Assembly (NCBI GenBank): GCA_947084965.1
Contig: CAMTUG010000004.1
Coordinates: 23,490 to 87,489, forward strand
DNA from: an uncultured Parcubacteria group bacterium
Lineage (GTDB): Bacteria; Patescibacteriota; Patescibacteriia; UBA9934; CAMTUG01
DNA length: 64,000 nucleotides
Direction of reading: 5' to 3'
Below, in pieces: positions 18,717 to 29,398 of this stretch. The position numbers and the translations under genes are program-made. The notes under the pieces were generated by a model. That model had not been told where the DNA came from and did no database searches. It saw only the letters and a list, made by a program, of their open reading frames with translations. Within the stretch, counting starts at the first letter, position 1; each line of letters starts with the position of its first letter.

Positions 18717-20498
18717 CTACTCCCCAATAAACCCGCCCGCTTGAATTTCCCACAGCGTTTTGTAAATACCGTGTTTCTTGATAAGTGCTGTATGTGTTCC
18801 CGTATCTACGACTTTGCCTTTGTCCATCACCACAATCCGATCCATTTTGAGAATCGTGGAAAGGCGGTGGGCGATGACGATCGTTGTCTTGTCTTTCATC
18901 AACTTGGTCAAGGCATCCTGAATCAGCGCCTCGGACTCAGAGTCCAAGCTCGAGGTGGCTTCATCAAGAATCAGAATTGGTGCGTTTTTCAAAATCGCCC
19001 GAGCGATCGCCACCCGTTGGCGCTCACCGCCAGACAACTTCACCCCACGTTCGCCAACGAACGTGGCGTAGCCTTCCTTGAGACCAGAGATAAACTCATG
19101 ACAGTGCGCCAACTTCGCCGCAGCGATAACTTCTTCATCACGTGCATCACGACGACCGTAACGAATGTTCTCCATCAGCGTACGATGAAACAAGATCGGC
19201 TCCTGAGGAACGAGTGCAACGTTCTGCCGTAATGACTCCTGCGTCACACGCGAAATGTCCTGTCCATCGATAGTGATCTTCCCGCGCTGAATATTATGGA
19301 ATCGCATCAACAACTTTGTAACCGTGGACTTCCCCGCACCGGACGGTCCAACCAACGCGACTTTCTCGTGTGGTGCGATGCTCAGCGAGAAATTATCAAG
19401 CACTGTACGCGCACCTCGATAGTTGAACCGAACGTTCTTAAAGTTAAGATTTCCCTTGCGTACACCCAGCTCTTTCGCCTTACGCACGTCACGGATCTCA
19501 TGCGGCGTTTGCATGATCCCAACCATCTCTTCTGCATCGGCAAAGGCATCAAACACATGACGGAACGCGCGACCCACTTCCCATAGGCGGTTAAAGGCGA
19601 CAACGAGGTAGGCCTGAATGAAGGCGATATCTCCGAGGGTGAAGACGCCGGCAATCCAGAACTTCACCGCAATATACAGGAACGCAATGTTGATCCCGAT
19701 CATCAAGGTTCCCTGCATGGCGAAGATCGCTTCATGACGATCCCAGCTTCTTGTCCGTGCTTTAGACAATCGATCGAGCGCTGTTCGGAATCGACCCGTT
19801 TCATACGCGGCCGCGGGAAACAGCTTGATCGTTGTCGCGTTTGAAATCGCGTCCGCCAGCGCCGCCCCCGCTTCTGAATCAAAGGTCGAACGCTGAATAT
19901 CTGCTTTATAGGCCCAACGCGTTGCATAATATTGCAGGACCAAAAAGAGCGTGGTCCAGAGGATAAATCCCAAGGCCAAAATCGGTTTTTGCAAAGAAAG
20001 CCCTATTACCGCGCCGATTAACACAACAAGAACAGCAACGAGCCGGAACGTGATCTCGTCCGCCAAGCGCTCAAAGCTAGAGCTCAGACGGTGAACACGT
20101 TTGACGAGTGCTCCCGCAAAAGAATCAGCAAAAAATCCGAGCGAGTGACCGAGAAGATAGGTAAACGCACTCTCTTCGAGGTCGGCCATGACGCGCGGTT
20201 GAAAGCGGTTATTGTGATACGCCTGAAACCTCCAACAGATCCAACCAAAAATCATGACGCTGACGAGGGCGAGAATCGTCGGAAGAAAAAGATCCATGTT
20301 GGCCGTAGACGGCGTTTCACGCTCGAGGAGATCAAAAAGATGCTTGAGGAGCCACGGTTGAGCCGCTTCAGCCCCGGTCGCCAGAGCAACAAAGGAGAGA
20401 ACGAGAAACATCCGCCCTTTGTAGCGACGGGTATGCCGCCAAAAAAGGGCAAGGATCGAACGAATAGTGATCTTTTTTGTAATGGATCCCTGCGCCAT
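18717..20498 (-). CDS. ABC exporter, fused permease/ATPase
   Basis: TM domain plus GPSGAGKST, LSGGERQR, ILILDEATS. Confidence 0.93.
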   Translation of the reverse strand: MAQGSITKKITIRSILALFWRHTRRYKGRMFLVLSFVALATGAEAAQPWLLKHLFDLLERETPSTANMDLFLPTILALVSVMIFGWICWRFQAYHNNRFQPRVMADLEESAFTYLLGHSLGFFADSFAGALVKRVHRLSSSFERLADEITFRLVAVLVVLIGAVIGLSLQKPILALGFILWTTLFLVLQYYATRWAYKADIQRSTFDSEAGAALADAISNATTIKLFPAAAYETGRFRTALDRLSKARTRSWDRHEAIFAMQGTLMIGINIAFLYIAVKFWIAGVFTLGDIAFIQAYLVVAFNRLWEVGRAFRHVFDAFADAEEMVGIMQTPHEIRDVRKAKELGVRKGNLNFKNVRFNYRGARTVLDNFSLSIAPHEKVALVGPSGAGKSTVTKLLMRFHNIQRGKITIDGQDISRVTQESLRQNVALVPQEPILFHRTLMENIRYGRRDARDEEVIAAAKLAHCHEFISGLKEGYATFVGERGVKLSGGERQRVAIARAILKNAPILILDEATSSLDSESEALIQDALTKLMKDKTTIVIAHRLSTILKMDRIVVMDKGKVVDTGTHTALIKKHGIYKTLWEIQAGGFIGE

Positions 20499-20524
20499 AT
20501 GAAATACGATCGACAATTATCCGA

Positions 20525-22291
20525 CTACTCCCCAATAAACCCACCGGCCTGAATCTCCCACAACTTTTTGTAGATGCCGACCTTCTTGCTGAGCGCCGCG
20601 TGCGTTCCAGAGTCAACAACCTTGCCCTGATCCATCACCACAATCCGATCCATTTTGAGAATCGTGGAAAGACGATGGGCGATGACGATCGTTGTTTTGT
20701 CTTTCATCAACTTGGTCAAGGCATCCTGAATCAACATCTCAGATTCTGAATCGAGGGATGATGTGGCTTCGTCGAGAATCAGAATCGGTGCGTTTTTAAG
20801 AATCGCCCGAGCGATCGCCACCCGTTGGCGCTCACCGCCAGACAACTTCACCCCACGTTCGCCAACGAACGTGGCGTAGCCTTCTGGAAGTTGAGCGATA
20901 AACTCGTGACAATGCGCCTGTTTGGCGGCTTCGATCACTTCAGTATCCGTGGCGTCGCGGCGGCCGTAGCGAATGTTGTCCATCAGTGAGCGATGGAACA
21001 GTACCGCCTCTTGTGGCACAAGCGAAATCTGTTCACGCAAACTATCCTGCGTCACTTTAGCGATGTTTTGACCGTCGATCGAAATCGCTCCACGCTGAAT
21101 GTCATGGAAGCGCATCAGGAGTTTCACAACCGTCGACTTTCCCGCCCCGCTTGGGCCGACCAGCGCCACCTTTTCCCGTGCGTTGATCGACAAGGACATC
21201 CGATCCAGCACCTGACGCTTTTTGCGATAGTTGAAATCTACTTTGTTGAAGACGATCTTTCCTTGACGCACCACCAGATCTTTTGCCGCCCGCGCATCGC
21301 GAATTTCGTGCGGCGTTTCCATGATCTCAACCATCTCCTTCGCATCCGCCACCGCTTCGTACGTCTTACGAATCGTGCGCCCCAAATCCCAGACACGAAT
21401 GAAGATGGTGATCAGATAACTCTGCACCAGGACGATGTCCCCGATCGTCAAAACGCCGATCGACCAGTAATGCAAGGCGGTCAACATCGAAACAAATTCG
21501 AGAGTGGTCATCATGATCCACTGGGCCGCTTCGTTTCCGTCGGCCAAGAACCAGGCGGTGGTCTGCGCCTTGCGCCACTTTTCAATCGCGGTAGCGAACA
21601 ACCCCTTTTCAAACGTGCGTCCGACAAAGGTCATGATGTTGACGCTGTTGGAAATCGCATCCGCCGCGACCGCGGTCGAGGCCGAGTCTTCCTTGGAACG
21701 TCGTTCATCGTACTTCAACTTCCAGATGGAAAACCCGTAGCTAGCGATGGTGTAGAGCAGTACCCAAGCCCCTAAAATCAAACTAAGCATTGCGCTCCGC
21801 GACCACAGGATAACGAGGACCGTCGTGATGACCGTTGCGGTTTGCAAAAAGGTCCACTTAAAATTCTCGCTGATCGTGGCGTACGATTGTGACAATCGAC
21901 GCACTTTGCGCACTAAGGAACCGCTGAAGCTGTTTGTAAAAAACTTGTACGAATGACCGAGCAAATAGCCAAAGGCACTCTTTTCCAGTTCGGCCATGAT
22001 TCGGCCGTCGGTAGCGGTGCTCAAAAATCCTGCCGTGCGATTCATCACCCAGTTCACGAGATGCAAGGCAAAAACCATATACAGGATCTCTCGTAACGAA
22101 CTTTCGGTCGACGCGCTCGGTGCTTCGGCCCCACTCAGCACGTCAAAAAACTGTTTGTAGTACAGCGGAGCGATGACGTTGACGATCTCCCCGCCGACGA
22201 TCAGAAAGATCACAAACAAAAACATCCCCCTGTGCGGTCGAATATGTTCAAAAAAAACACGGAACACGCTGCGATTACTTGTCATGCCCAT
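20525..22291 (-). CDS. ABC exporter, fused permease/ATPase (tandem paralog)
   Basis: Same motifs; C-terminal NBD nearly identical to neighbour. Confidence 0.93.
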   Translation of the reverse strand: MGMTSNRSVFRVFFEHIRPHRGMFLFVIFLIVGGEIVNVIAPLYYKQFFDVLSGAEAPSASTESSLREILYMVFALHLVNWVMNRTAGFLSTATDGRIMAELEKSAFGYLLGHSYKFFTNSFSGSLVRKVRRLSQSYATISENFKWTFLQTATVITTVLVILWSRSAMLSLILGAWVLLYTIASYGFSIWKLKYDERRSKEDSASTAVAADAISNSVNIMTFVGRTFEKGLFATAIEKWRKAQTTAWFLADGNEAAQWIMMTTLEFVSMLTALHYWSIGVLTIGDIVLVQSYLITIFIRVWDLGRTIRKTYEAVADAKEMVEIMETPHEIRDARAAKDLVVRQGKIVFNKVDFNYRKKRQVLDRMSLSINAREKVALVGPSGAGKSTVVKLLMRFHDIQRGAISIDGQNIAKVTQDSLREQISLVPQEAVLFHRSLMDNIRYGRRDATDTEVIEAAKQAHCHEFIAQLPEGYATFVGERGVKLSGGERQRVAIARAILKNAPILILDEATSSLDSESEMLIQDALTKLMKDKTTIVIAHRLSTILKMDRIVVMDQGKVVDSGTHAALSKKVGIYKKLWEIQAGGFIGE

Positions 22292-22296
22292 ATGTT

Positions 22297-22328
22297 AGCA
22301 TACTCGGCAGAACTTTGCCGAGTATGCT
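22297..22328. terminator. Inverted repeat between murF and ABC genes
   Basis: AGCATACTCGGCA-gaactt-TGCCGAGTATGCT. Confidence 0.55.
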
Positions 22329-22352
22329 CCTCGCGTCTTGAGCGGATCACGC

Positions 22353-23669
22353 TCACGATCGGGCCTCCCACTCCGGTTCCTGTCGCACCAAAAGTTCGCT
22401 GGCTCGCAGCGGGTCGGCGAGCACATTTTTTGTAACGCGTTCCATGCGCGCCGATTGTGATCCCTTGATCAAGACAATGTCGCCTGTGGCAATTTCCTTG
22501 TCCAGGTACGCGCCCGCTTCATCTGTGGTGTCAAAGGTCAGCACCTGCTCTTTTTTCATCCCTGCTTCCTCTGCCCCACGAGCGATATCCCGAGCGGGTT
22601 CACCAACACAAACGAGCAGATCAACACCGACCTCGGCCGCTTTCCAGCCGATCTGTCGATGCATCTCTTCACTAAAACTTCCCAGTTCCGCATGCGTCCC
22701 GAGACAGGCGATGCGTCGCGCCGCTTCTACTGGGTGAAACTGCGCCAGAACATCAAGCGCCGATTTGGTCGATGTCGGTGCGGCGTTATAGGAATCATCA
22801 AGCAACAAGGCCCCTTTAATTCCCCGCAACGGTTTTAGGCGACCGCTCGGGGAAACGTACTGCTCGCTCAGAGCGCGCGCGGCTTCGGGAAGCGAAATAC
22901 CAAACCGCTTTCCGACCGCAATCGCAGCCAAACAGTTGTAGGCTTGATGAATCCCGATCGTATCTTTTAGAACAACGTCCGCACGTTCATCCATACGACG
23001 GTCGTGAACAGTAAACGAAGCACATGCAAGCGTTTCCCCGGCCTCAAAATGATCATCCTCACGCGTTTGCAACTGATACCCCTGCCCGTCGATCTCTGCA
23101 TCTGGCCCAAATCCATACGTCACGACCGCTGCTTCGCCCGCCGAGGCCATCTGAGTGACCAGCTCATCATCCGCGTTCAAAACAGCAAGTCCGTCCGCAG
23201 GAAGATGCTTCACTAACTCGGTCTTTTCGGCGACAAGCGCTTCAAAACTTGGAAAATTCTCCACATGAACATGACTGATCGCTGTGACTACCCCGACGCT
23301 CGGCTGGGCCAGCTTCATCAGGTGGGTAATATCACCAGGACGATCCGCCCCGAACTCCAACACCAGATGCGTTGGAAACTGCTGATCCCTTCTGATCGCC
23401 ATACCGACGGCGTTGGCCAACACCTGACCCCAGCGATAAAAATTGCGCGACGGATTTTGCATCCCAAGAATAGAAAGCGGCACGCCGATTTCGGTGTTCA
23501 GATTCTTTGATCCTGCACGAACGGCGTATCGCACGGACAACACCGCAGTGATCGCATCCTTGGTCGAAGTTTTTCCGACCGAACCGGTAACCGCAATCAC
23601 CACCGGCTTATTCAGCAGAAGCACCCGCTTCGCCGCCCATGTCAAAACCGCTACAACAAGACTTTTCAT
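22353..23669 (-). CDS. murF: UDP-MurNAc-tripeptide D-Ala-D-Ala ligase
   Basis: AVTGSVGKTSTK, LNTEIGVP, DDSYNAAP, LIKGSQ. Confidence 0.92.
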   Translation of the reverse strand: MKSLVVAVLTWAAKRVLLLNKPVVIAVTGSVGKTSTKDAITAVLSVRYAVRAGSKNLNTEIGVPLSILGMQNPSRNFYRWGQVLANAVGMAIRRDQQFPTHLVLEFGADRPGDITHLMKLAQPSVGVVTAISHVHVENFPSFEALVAEKTELVKHLPADGLAVLNADDELVTQMASAGEAAVVTYGFGPDAEIDGQGYQLQTREDDHFEAGETLACASFTVHDRRMDERADVVLKDTIGIHQAYNCLAAIAVGKRFGISLPEAARALSEQYVSPSGRLKPLRGIKGALLLDDSYNAAPTSTKSALDVLAQFHPVEAARRIACLGTHAELGSFSEEMHRQIGWKAAEVGVDLLVCVGEPARDIARGAEEAGMKKEQVLTFDTTDEAGAYLDKEIATGDIVLIKGSQSARMERVTKNVLADPLRASELLVRQEPEWEARS

Positions 23670-23672
23670 AGA

Positions 23673-25436
23673 TTATCGTTGAGGAGGAACCTCGAAATAG
23701 CGTAACAGAAACGCCGCAATATCACCAAACAGCGGACCGGCTGTGGATTCGGCCCATTGCACATCGCGCGGCCTGTCGATGCGCACAACGATCGCAAAGC
23801 GCGGGTCACCGACAGGGCCATATCCGGCAAAGGAACCGATCGTCGCATCGGCCAAATACGTCCCTGACGCACCGGCGACTTGCGCCGTCCCCGTTTTTCC
23901 CGCGATGTAATACCCTTCGACCGCCGCCTTTTTCCCGTGGCCGTTCTCCACGACAGAAATCAGCATAGCACTGATCAAATTCGATGTCTTTTCCGAAATG
24001 ACCTGACGCACTTCAATCGGTTCGACGTCGCGTACCCGACCGTCAGCGTAGCGCACTTCATCAACAATGTAGGGCTGCATCACGTGTCCGCCGTTCGCCA
24101 GCGCCGCGTAGGCCTGGGCCATCTGCAGAACGGTCGTCGTCACCCCTTGACCGAAACTTGCTGTCGCGTCATAGACCTCCGCTGACCGATCAAGGGAAGA
24201 AACGTCTCCGGCCGATTCTGTCTCAAGCTCAATACCCGTGTAAACACCGAATCCAAAATTGCGCATGTAGGTGTCAAAGAGATCGCTGCCCATCTGCTGC
24301 ATAGCGAAGATCACCCCGGTGTTGATCGATTCCTCAAGTACCTTCACCATGTTCACCTTCCCGTAAACTTTGTCTTCAGAGTTTCTAATGGTGAAATCGT
24401 CCATCTCGACGAACCCAAAATCTTCAAACTCCGTGGTCGGCGTGATCGCCCCAGCGTCGATCGATGCCGCGATCGTCAACGGCTTCATAATCGACCCAGG
24501 TTCGTAAGCGTTAAAAATGACCGGATTATTATAGACACGGATATTCTCCACTCGCGAATAGGCGTTTGGATCAAAATCCGGCGACCCGCACATGGCGAGA
24601 ACTGCCCCTGTCTTTGGATCAAGCACCACAACCGAGCCGCCATCCGCCGAATGCTTGGCAACCGCCTTTTCAAGCAGATCGCACACGGTGTGCTGAATGT
24701 TGCGATCAAGGGTCAACACGATGTCCGCCCCATCAACCGCCGGCTGGAACTCCCGCTCTCCGCTCGTAATCAAACGCCCCGCAGCATCACGCTCACTCGC
24801 CAAAAACCCGCCGGTTCCAGAAAGTTCCTCCTCAAAATACCCCTCAATGCCGTAGCGCCCACTCAACGAACCGTCTTCATTCACACCGACAAATCCCAAG
24901 ACATGACCACCGAGTGACGTTTCCGGATAGGAACGTGACGGTTCGCGCACATAGGTGATCCCTGGGAGTTGTTTATTGCGCTTTGCTTCATCAATCAAGG
25001 CCAGCGCTGCTTGCGGAACTTTACGAGCCACCGATTCATATCGATCTGTTTTATCTTCGAAACGAAGTTCGAGCGCGTCAATCTCTTCTCCAGACAAACC
25101 AAGTATTTCACCGAGGATCTCGGCCTCGCCATCCGGATCTTCCACGTTCTTCGGATCAGCGATCACCCAGCCGAGATGCAAATTCGTCGCGGCTGGATAC
25201 AGCTGACCATCTTTCAGGTCGCGCACCAAAATTTCCCCACGCTCCGGGACCAGCTCCTCATAAAAATCATACTGATTGCTTGCCAATGCCTGATAATAAC
25301 TTCCGGAGATGATCTGCAAAGAAAATAATCGAATGAGGATGCATCCGGCAATGATCGCCACGCCGAATTGAACCACGTTCATCCGCTTGTCAGGTGAATC
25401 CCCGCGTCGTTCTCGTGATGCGCCTCGCGAAACCAT
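23673..25436 (-). CDS. ftsI: Class B penicillin-binding protein (FtsI/PBP2 family)
   Basis: RGEI, YEPGSIMK (SxxK), SIN (SxN), GKTGTAQ; adjacent to murF. Confidence 0.85.
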   Translation of the reverse strand: MVSRGASRERRGDSPDKRMNVVQFGVAIIAGCILIRLFSLQIISGSYYQALASNQYDFYEELVPERGEILVRDLKDGQLYPAATNLHLGWVIADPKNVEDPDGEAEILGEILGLSGEEIDALELRFEDKTDRYESVARKVPQAALALIDEAKRNKQLPGITYVREPSRSYPETSLGGHVLGFVGVNEDGSLSGRYGIEGYFEEELSGTGGFLASERDAAGRLITSGEREFQPAVDGADIVLTLDRNIQHTVCDLLEKAVAKHSADGGSVVVLDPKTGAVLAMCGSPDFDPNAYSRVENIRVYNNPVIFNAYEPGSIMKPLTIAASIDAGAITPTTEFEDFGFVEMDDFTIRNSEDKVYGKVNMVKVLEESINTGVIFAMQQMGSDLFDTYMRNFGFGVYTGIELETESAGDVSSLDRSAEVYDATASFGQGVTTTVLQMAQAYAALANGGHVMQPYIVDEVRYADGRVRDVEPIEVRQVISEKTSNLISAMLISVVENGHGKKAAVEGYYIAGKTGTAQVAGASGTYLADATIGSFAGYGPVGDPRFAIVVRIDRPRDVQWAESTAGPLFGDIAAFLLRYFEVPPQR

Positions 25437-25437
25437 A

Positions 25438-26613
25438 TTAATCGCCAAGGCCAAATGAAAAGATCGATCCTTTTCCCGTCGGATTTTGGCCGCGAGAAAC
25501 TTCCTCCCCATCCGTCACACCATCACCGTCGGTGTCAGGATTATTTCCGTCTGTCCCGTAAAATGTCTCCAATGAATTAGGGAGCCCATCTTCATCAGGA
25601 TCATCGTTGGTCGCTGCTGATCCACTCGCACTTGGCAAGCTATTCTCCCCATCTGAAGAGTGTATCGTGTTCGAAGATCTTCCTGCGTTCGCCGTTGGAA
25701 GACCCGCCGTGTTAAAACCGAGATCTTTAAGCGCCTGACGTACATCTGTTGCTTGGATGGTGGGGGCTGTGAGTTCTACCGGTTCGTTAAAATCGCTCAG
25801 TTCAAGCGTGAACGAAAAGGTTGGAGCGTTGAGTTCAAGTTTGTGCAATAAAAATGTTTTGCGCCCGATCCACAACGTTCCGGACCAACTCTGCATGGCA
25901 GCGACGTCTGCTTGCAGGGATTGATAATCAACAGCAGAGATCGCGGTACCGTGACGCATCTCCCAGAGCGTTGAAAGAAAAACGAGCAGGCCTTCTTCAT
26001 GGATCACGAAGCTGTATGGGAGAGTCGCGTCACCGTGCATAATGGTCGCAACTCCCGTTTGCGGCACTTCAACCAGATCGATCTGACGCAAAAGTTCGGC
26101 AAGCTCCTCAAACTGTTCGATCGAAAGATCCGTGCGTTGTTCACGACCGGTCAGGGCCGCAAAAGAAAACGTTGACGGAATGCGAATCCACTCGCCCGCA
26201 AAGGGGGTCAGATCAACATCCCCATACTGCGGAGCCCGTTTCATAAACAGATAAAAAGCATCTTCGAGGTCGCGAATCTCGGCACGCACTTCAGCGCCAT
26301 CGAGCGAGGTCATCACTTGAACCGCGGCTTGATACTGAAGATCGGCCTTATCCGAAAGATCGATCGACCCTTCCGCACCCAGGCGCACGTCCACCGGTTC
26401 TGGCAACGGGAAGACCGGAAGATCCTGGACCTCGGCAGTAGATAACTGCACCTTGGCCTTCACGGTCTCGAGTTGCCACATCGTCAGAATCATCCGCCGC
26501 ACGTCCCCTTCCAAGGAACGACCAAAAATCAACCAAACGACGAAAATGGCGGCACTTAATAGCACCGCCGCGATCGCAAATCCACCGACAATTCGAGTAG
26601 TATTTATCGACAT
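25438..26613 (-). CDS. Membrane-anchored protein with C-terminal Ca-binding DxDxDG repeats
   Basis: N-terminal TM; DPDEDGL, NPDTDGDGVTDGEEV. Confidence 0.75.
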   Translation of the reverse strand: MSINTTRIVGGFAIAAVLLSAAIFVVWLIFGRSLEGDVRRMILTMWQLETVKAKVQLSTAEVQDLPVFPLPEPVDVRLGAEGSIDLSDKADLQYQAAVQVMTSLDGAEVRAEIRDLEDAFYLFMKRAPQYGDVDLTPFAGEWIRIPSTFSFAALTGREQRTDLSIEQFEELAELLRQIDLVEVPQTGVATIMHGDATLPYSFVIHEEGLLVFLSTLWEMRHGTAISAVDYQSLQADVAAMQSWSGTLWIGRKTFLLHKLELNAPTFSFTLELSDFNEPVELTAPTIQATDVRQALKDLGFNTAGLPTANAGRSSNTIHSSDGENSLPSASGSAATNDDPDEDGLPNSLETFYGTDGNNPDTDGDGVTDGEEVSRGQNPTGKGSIFSFGLGD

Positions 26614-26618
26614 GGTGA

Positions 26619-27065
26619 CTACGTCTCGCGGACGTCTTCTTCAGTCACCATTTTACCAGTAAACCACACTTCTTCGCCATACCCGGTCCAGGTCAGGCGG
26701 CGCAAAATCTCGCCGCGGTCCGTTTCAAACTGTTTGACTTCAAAGGTGTCCCCGTCCTCATGTTCGCATTCCCCAGAACAGGTTAGTAACTCACCCGTAT
26801 CTTCGTACATCTCCTCGTACGAATTGCCCATGTACAGAGCAAACCCCTCTTCATCAAGTTCAACTTCGTTTTCGACCGGGGCGAGGATGATCAGTTCATC
26901 TCCATCTGGATCGACAACGAGCCATGCCGCGTCGCTTCCCCACATCCAGGTCATGCGGTCACCGGAAGCGAGCTTCAAACGTTCAATTCCGGCGATCGTA
27001 AATTCGCTGTCTGCGACGGAGAGCTTAGTGTCTTCGCCGGCGGTAAGAATTTTTTCAAAAGTCAT
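26619..27065 (-). CDS. Acidic hypothetical protein (DUF4178-like)
   Basis: Start moved to MTFEKIL because the longer ORF overlaps a tRNA; ends WFTG..V.EEDV. Confidence 0.55.
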   Translation of the reverse strand: MTFEKILTAGEDTKLSVADSEFTIAGIERLKLASGDRMTWMWGSDAAWLVVDPDGDELIILAPVENEVELDEEGFALYMGNSYEEMYEDTGELLTCSGECEHEDGDTFEVKQFETDRGEILRRLTWTGYGEEVWFTGKMVTEEDVRET

Positions 27066-27150
27066 AACGCGATCGTAAAGAAAAATTGGAACAAGGGCGA
27101 TGATAGCGTTTCTGCAGAGCGTGTCAAGCGCAGAGCTGTCCACAGAGTTT

Positions 27151-27225
27151 TGGTCGGGCCGACCGGGATTGAACCGGCGACCTCTTGGACCCCATCCAAG
27201 CGCGCTCCCACTGCGCCACGGCCCG
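27151..27225 (-). tRNA. tRNA-Pro(GGG)
   Basis: CGGGCCGTGGCGCAGTGG...CTTGG-AT-GGG-GT-CCAAG...GGTTCAATCC...CCCGACCA. Confidence 0.95.
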
Positions 27226-27436
27226 ACAGAGAACGACTCAAAACTGGCGCTCTTTCGTCTCACGGGTCCCTGCCACTTTGTCGTCGTACATTTTTGGTAC
27301 GCCTCCAAAGTGCCATCCCGTTCAACGAAATAGCATCCATTTTTGAGCCGTTCTCGTGGCTACACTGTAGTAGAGCTGTTGATCTTTTTCAAGGATTCCG
27401 ATATTCTCTCGGGCATCGGTTCCCGAATCTATCTAT

Positions 27437-27512
<76 letters not shown>

Positions 27513-27545
27513 GAAAAATACTCCACTTCGCGTGGAGTATTTTTC
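27513..27545 (+). terminator. Intrinsic terminator after tRNA-Pro
   Basis: GAAAAATACTCCAC-ttcgc-GTGGAGTATTTTTC. Confidence 0.8.
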
Positions 27546-27610
27546 TGTGCTGCAAGGGATTTGAATCGAGTCTTCATCTTCGCCTGACTTTCAGCTATAG
27601 TGTCGTTGCT

Positions 27611-28623
27611 ATGCTACGTATTCTCGTTTCAATTCTGCTTGCGGCGACCGTCGCAACGGCCAGCTGGTTTTCTCTTCAAGATGAGCACGAAGACGCTCCG
27701 GTCGCGCCCGTTACAGCGTTGACTACTGAGGCATACGAAACGATCCAAGCAGAACTCCTTTCTGTGTTGCAGAGCAAGGTCCTGCCGCCGCAATGACGGC
27801 ACTGCAGACAAAAAGCGCAGCTGATCCTTCTGTCTTGCGCGACTGTCATCCGCTCGTTCATGCCATCGGGTTTGCGGCGTTCAACCAACTGAACTCGGTC
27901 AGCGAGGCGATGATCGACGGCGCGGACTGGTGCACCAGCGGCTATTATCACGGGGTCTTTGAAGGGGCATTCACTCAGACAGATGATCCGATCGCTCTGA
28001 TGCAAACGGTCTGCGTCAGTCAACCTGATCACACCTTTCGCGATTGGCAGTGCCACCACGGAATCGGCCATGGACTGATGTTCTATTATGAAAACGATCT
28101 GCCGGCCGCAACGGATGCCTGCCATCGCTTTCCTGATTCTTTTCAATCGGAAGCCTGTATCAACGGAATGTTCATGGAAAATTTCGTCGCCGACGGTATC
28201 GTCCACAAAGCGCCCTACCGCCAGGCAGAGAACCCCCTCTACCCTTGCGCTGAGCAAGCTGAAGCAGATCAAGCGCATTGCTACGCAACGGCAGCCCACT
28301 ATTTCCTGACGTTATACCCCAACGCCTATGCGGATGGGTTCAAATGGTGTAAAGAAGCAGGGACTCAGGAAGCGAACTGTGTCCGCGGGATCGCTTCCCG
28401 GGCGATGCGCGACCAGTTGGCACACCCCGAAGTGGTGGAAGCGCTCTGCCGCCAAGCGGGCGACTTTGAACCGTGGTGCATCATCGGCATGACCTCGGTT
28501 TACCTTTCGCACATCGGCAACAGTTCGACCGGCGACGCCTTCTGTGCCTCCTTGTCGCTCTCCCATCAAGTCCCTTGCCTCCTTGAATTAGAAGACTTCC
28601 GAACAACCTATGAATCAATATAA
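27611..28623 (+). pseudogene. Frameshifted secreted Cys/His-rich repeat protein
   Basis: Signal-anchor ORF from 27611 shifts frame near 27765 into AEQGPAAAMTAL...; CHPLVHAIG, GYYHG, CHHGIGHG motifs. Confidence 0.6.
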
Positions 28624-28627
28624 ACGT

Positions 28628-29398
28628 ATGACTCCAGGAAAAAGACGGCCAGTAAAAACAACGTCCTGGGGGCGCGTGGCTAAATGGTATGAAGGGGTCG
28701 TTGGTGACCCAGACTCTTTTCAGCAAAAAGTCATTTTGCCAAACTTAGTGCGTTTGATGGATATCAAAGCAGGCGAGTCAGTCCTCGACATCGCTTGCGG
28801 CACAGGATTGTTCGCCAAGGTGTTTCATAACGCCGGAGCGATCGTCACGGGCACGGACATTTCACCAGAATTGATTGAGATCGCCCGCAAGGATGCTCCG
28901 GAAACGCTGACGCTCAAAGTCGCGGCCGCGGAAAGTCAGCCATTTGTAAAATCCGCCAGCATCCACAAAGCAACGATCATTCTCGCTTTACAAAATATCG
29001 ACAAATTCGGTGCGGTGCTTAAAGAAACAGCGCGCGTGCTGAAAAAAGGTGGCAAAGTTTTTATTGTCATGAATCATCCGGCGTTCCGCGTGATTCAAGG
29101 AAGCTCCTGGGGTTGGGAAGGAACCGAGGTGCAATATCGCCGCATCGACAAGTATCTGACGCCGTTTAACGTGCAGATCGACATGCACCCGGGGATCGCC
29201 CCGCGCGAAGTGACGACCACGTTTCATCGCCCTCTTCAGGCCTACATCAAAGCACTGGCCGCCGCAGGGTTGCCCGTAACCGACTTCGAGGAATGGATTT
29301 CGCACAAAAAGAGTGATAGCGGCCCGCGCGCTCCTGCCGAAAACGTCGCTCGCAACGAAATCCCGATGTTCCTTTGTCTCGTCGCGACAAAACTGTGA
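28628..29398 (+). CDS. Class I SAM-dependent methyltransferase
   Basis: VLDIACGTG, GTDIS, RVLKKGG, NHPAF. Confidence 0.9.
   Translation: MTPGKRRPVKTTSWGRVAKWYEGVVGDPDSFQQKVILPNLVRLMDIKAGESVLDIACGTGLFAKVFHNAGAIVTGTDISPELIEIARKDAPETLTLKVAAAESQPFVKSASIHKATIILALQNIDKFGAVLKETARVLKKGGKVFIVMNHPAFRVIQGSSWGWEGTEVQYRRIDKYLTPFNVQIDMHPGIAPREVTTTFHRPLQAYIKALAAAGLPVTDFEEWISHKKSDSGPRAPAENVARNEIPMFLCLVATKL

Noticed and set aside
27066-27308. N-terminal extension of the 229-aa ORF, and the 27443 start of the next ORF
   Set aside because: Both run through tRNA-Pro genes; starts reassigned to 27065 and 27611
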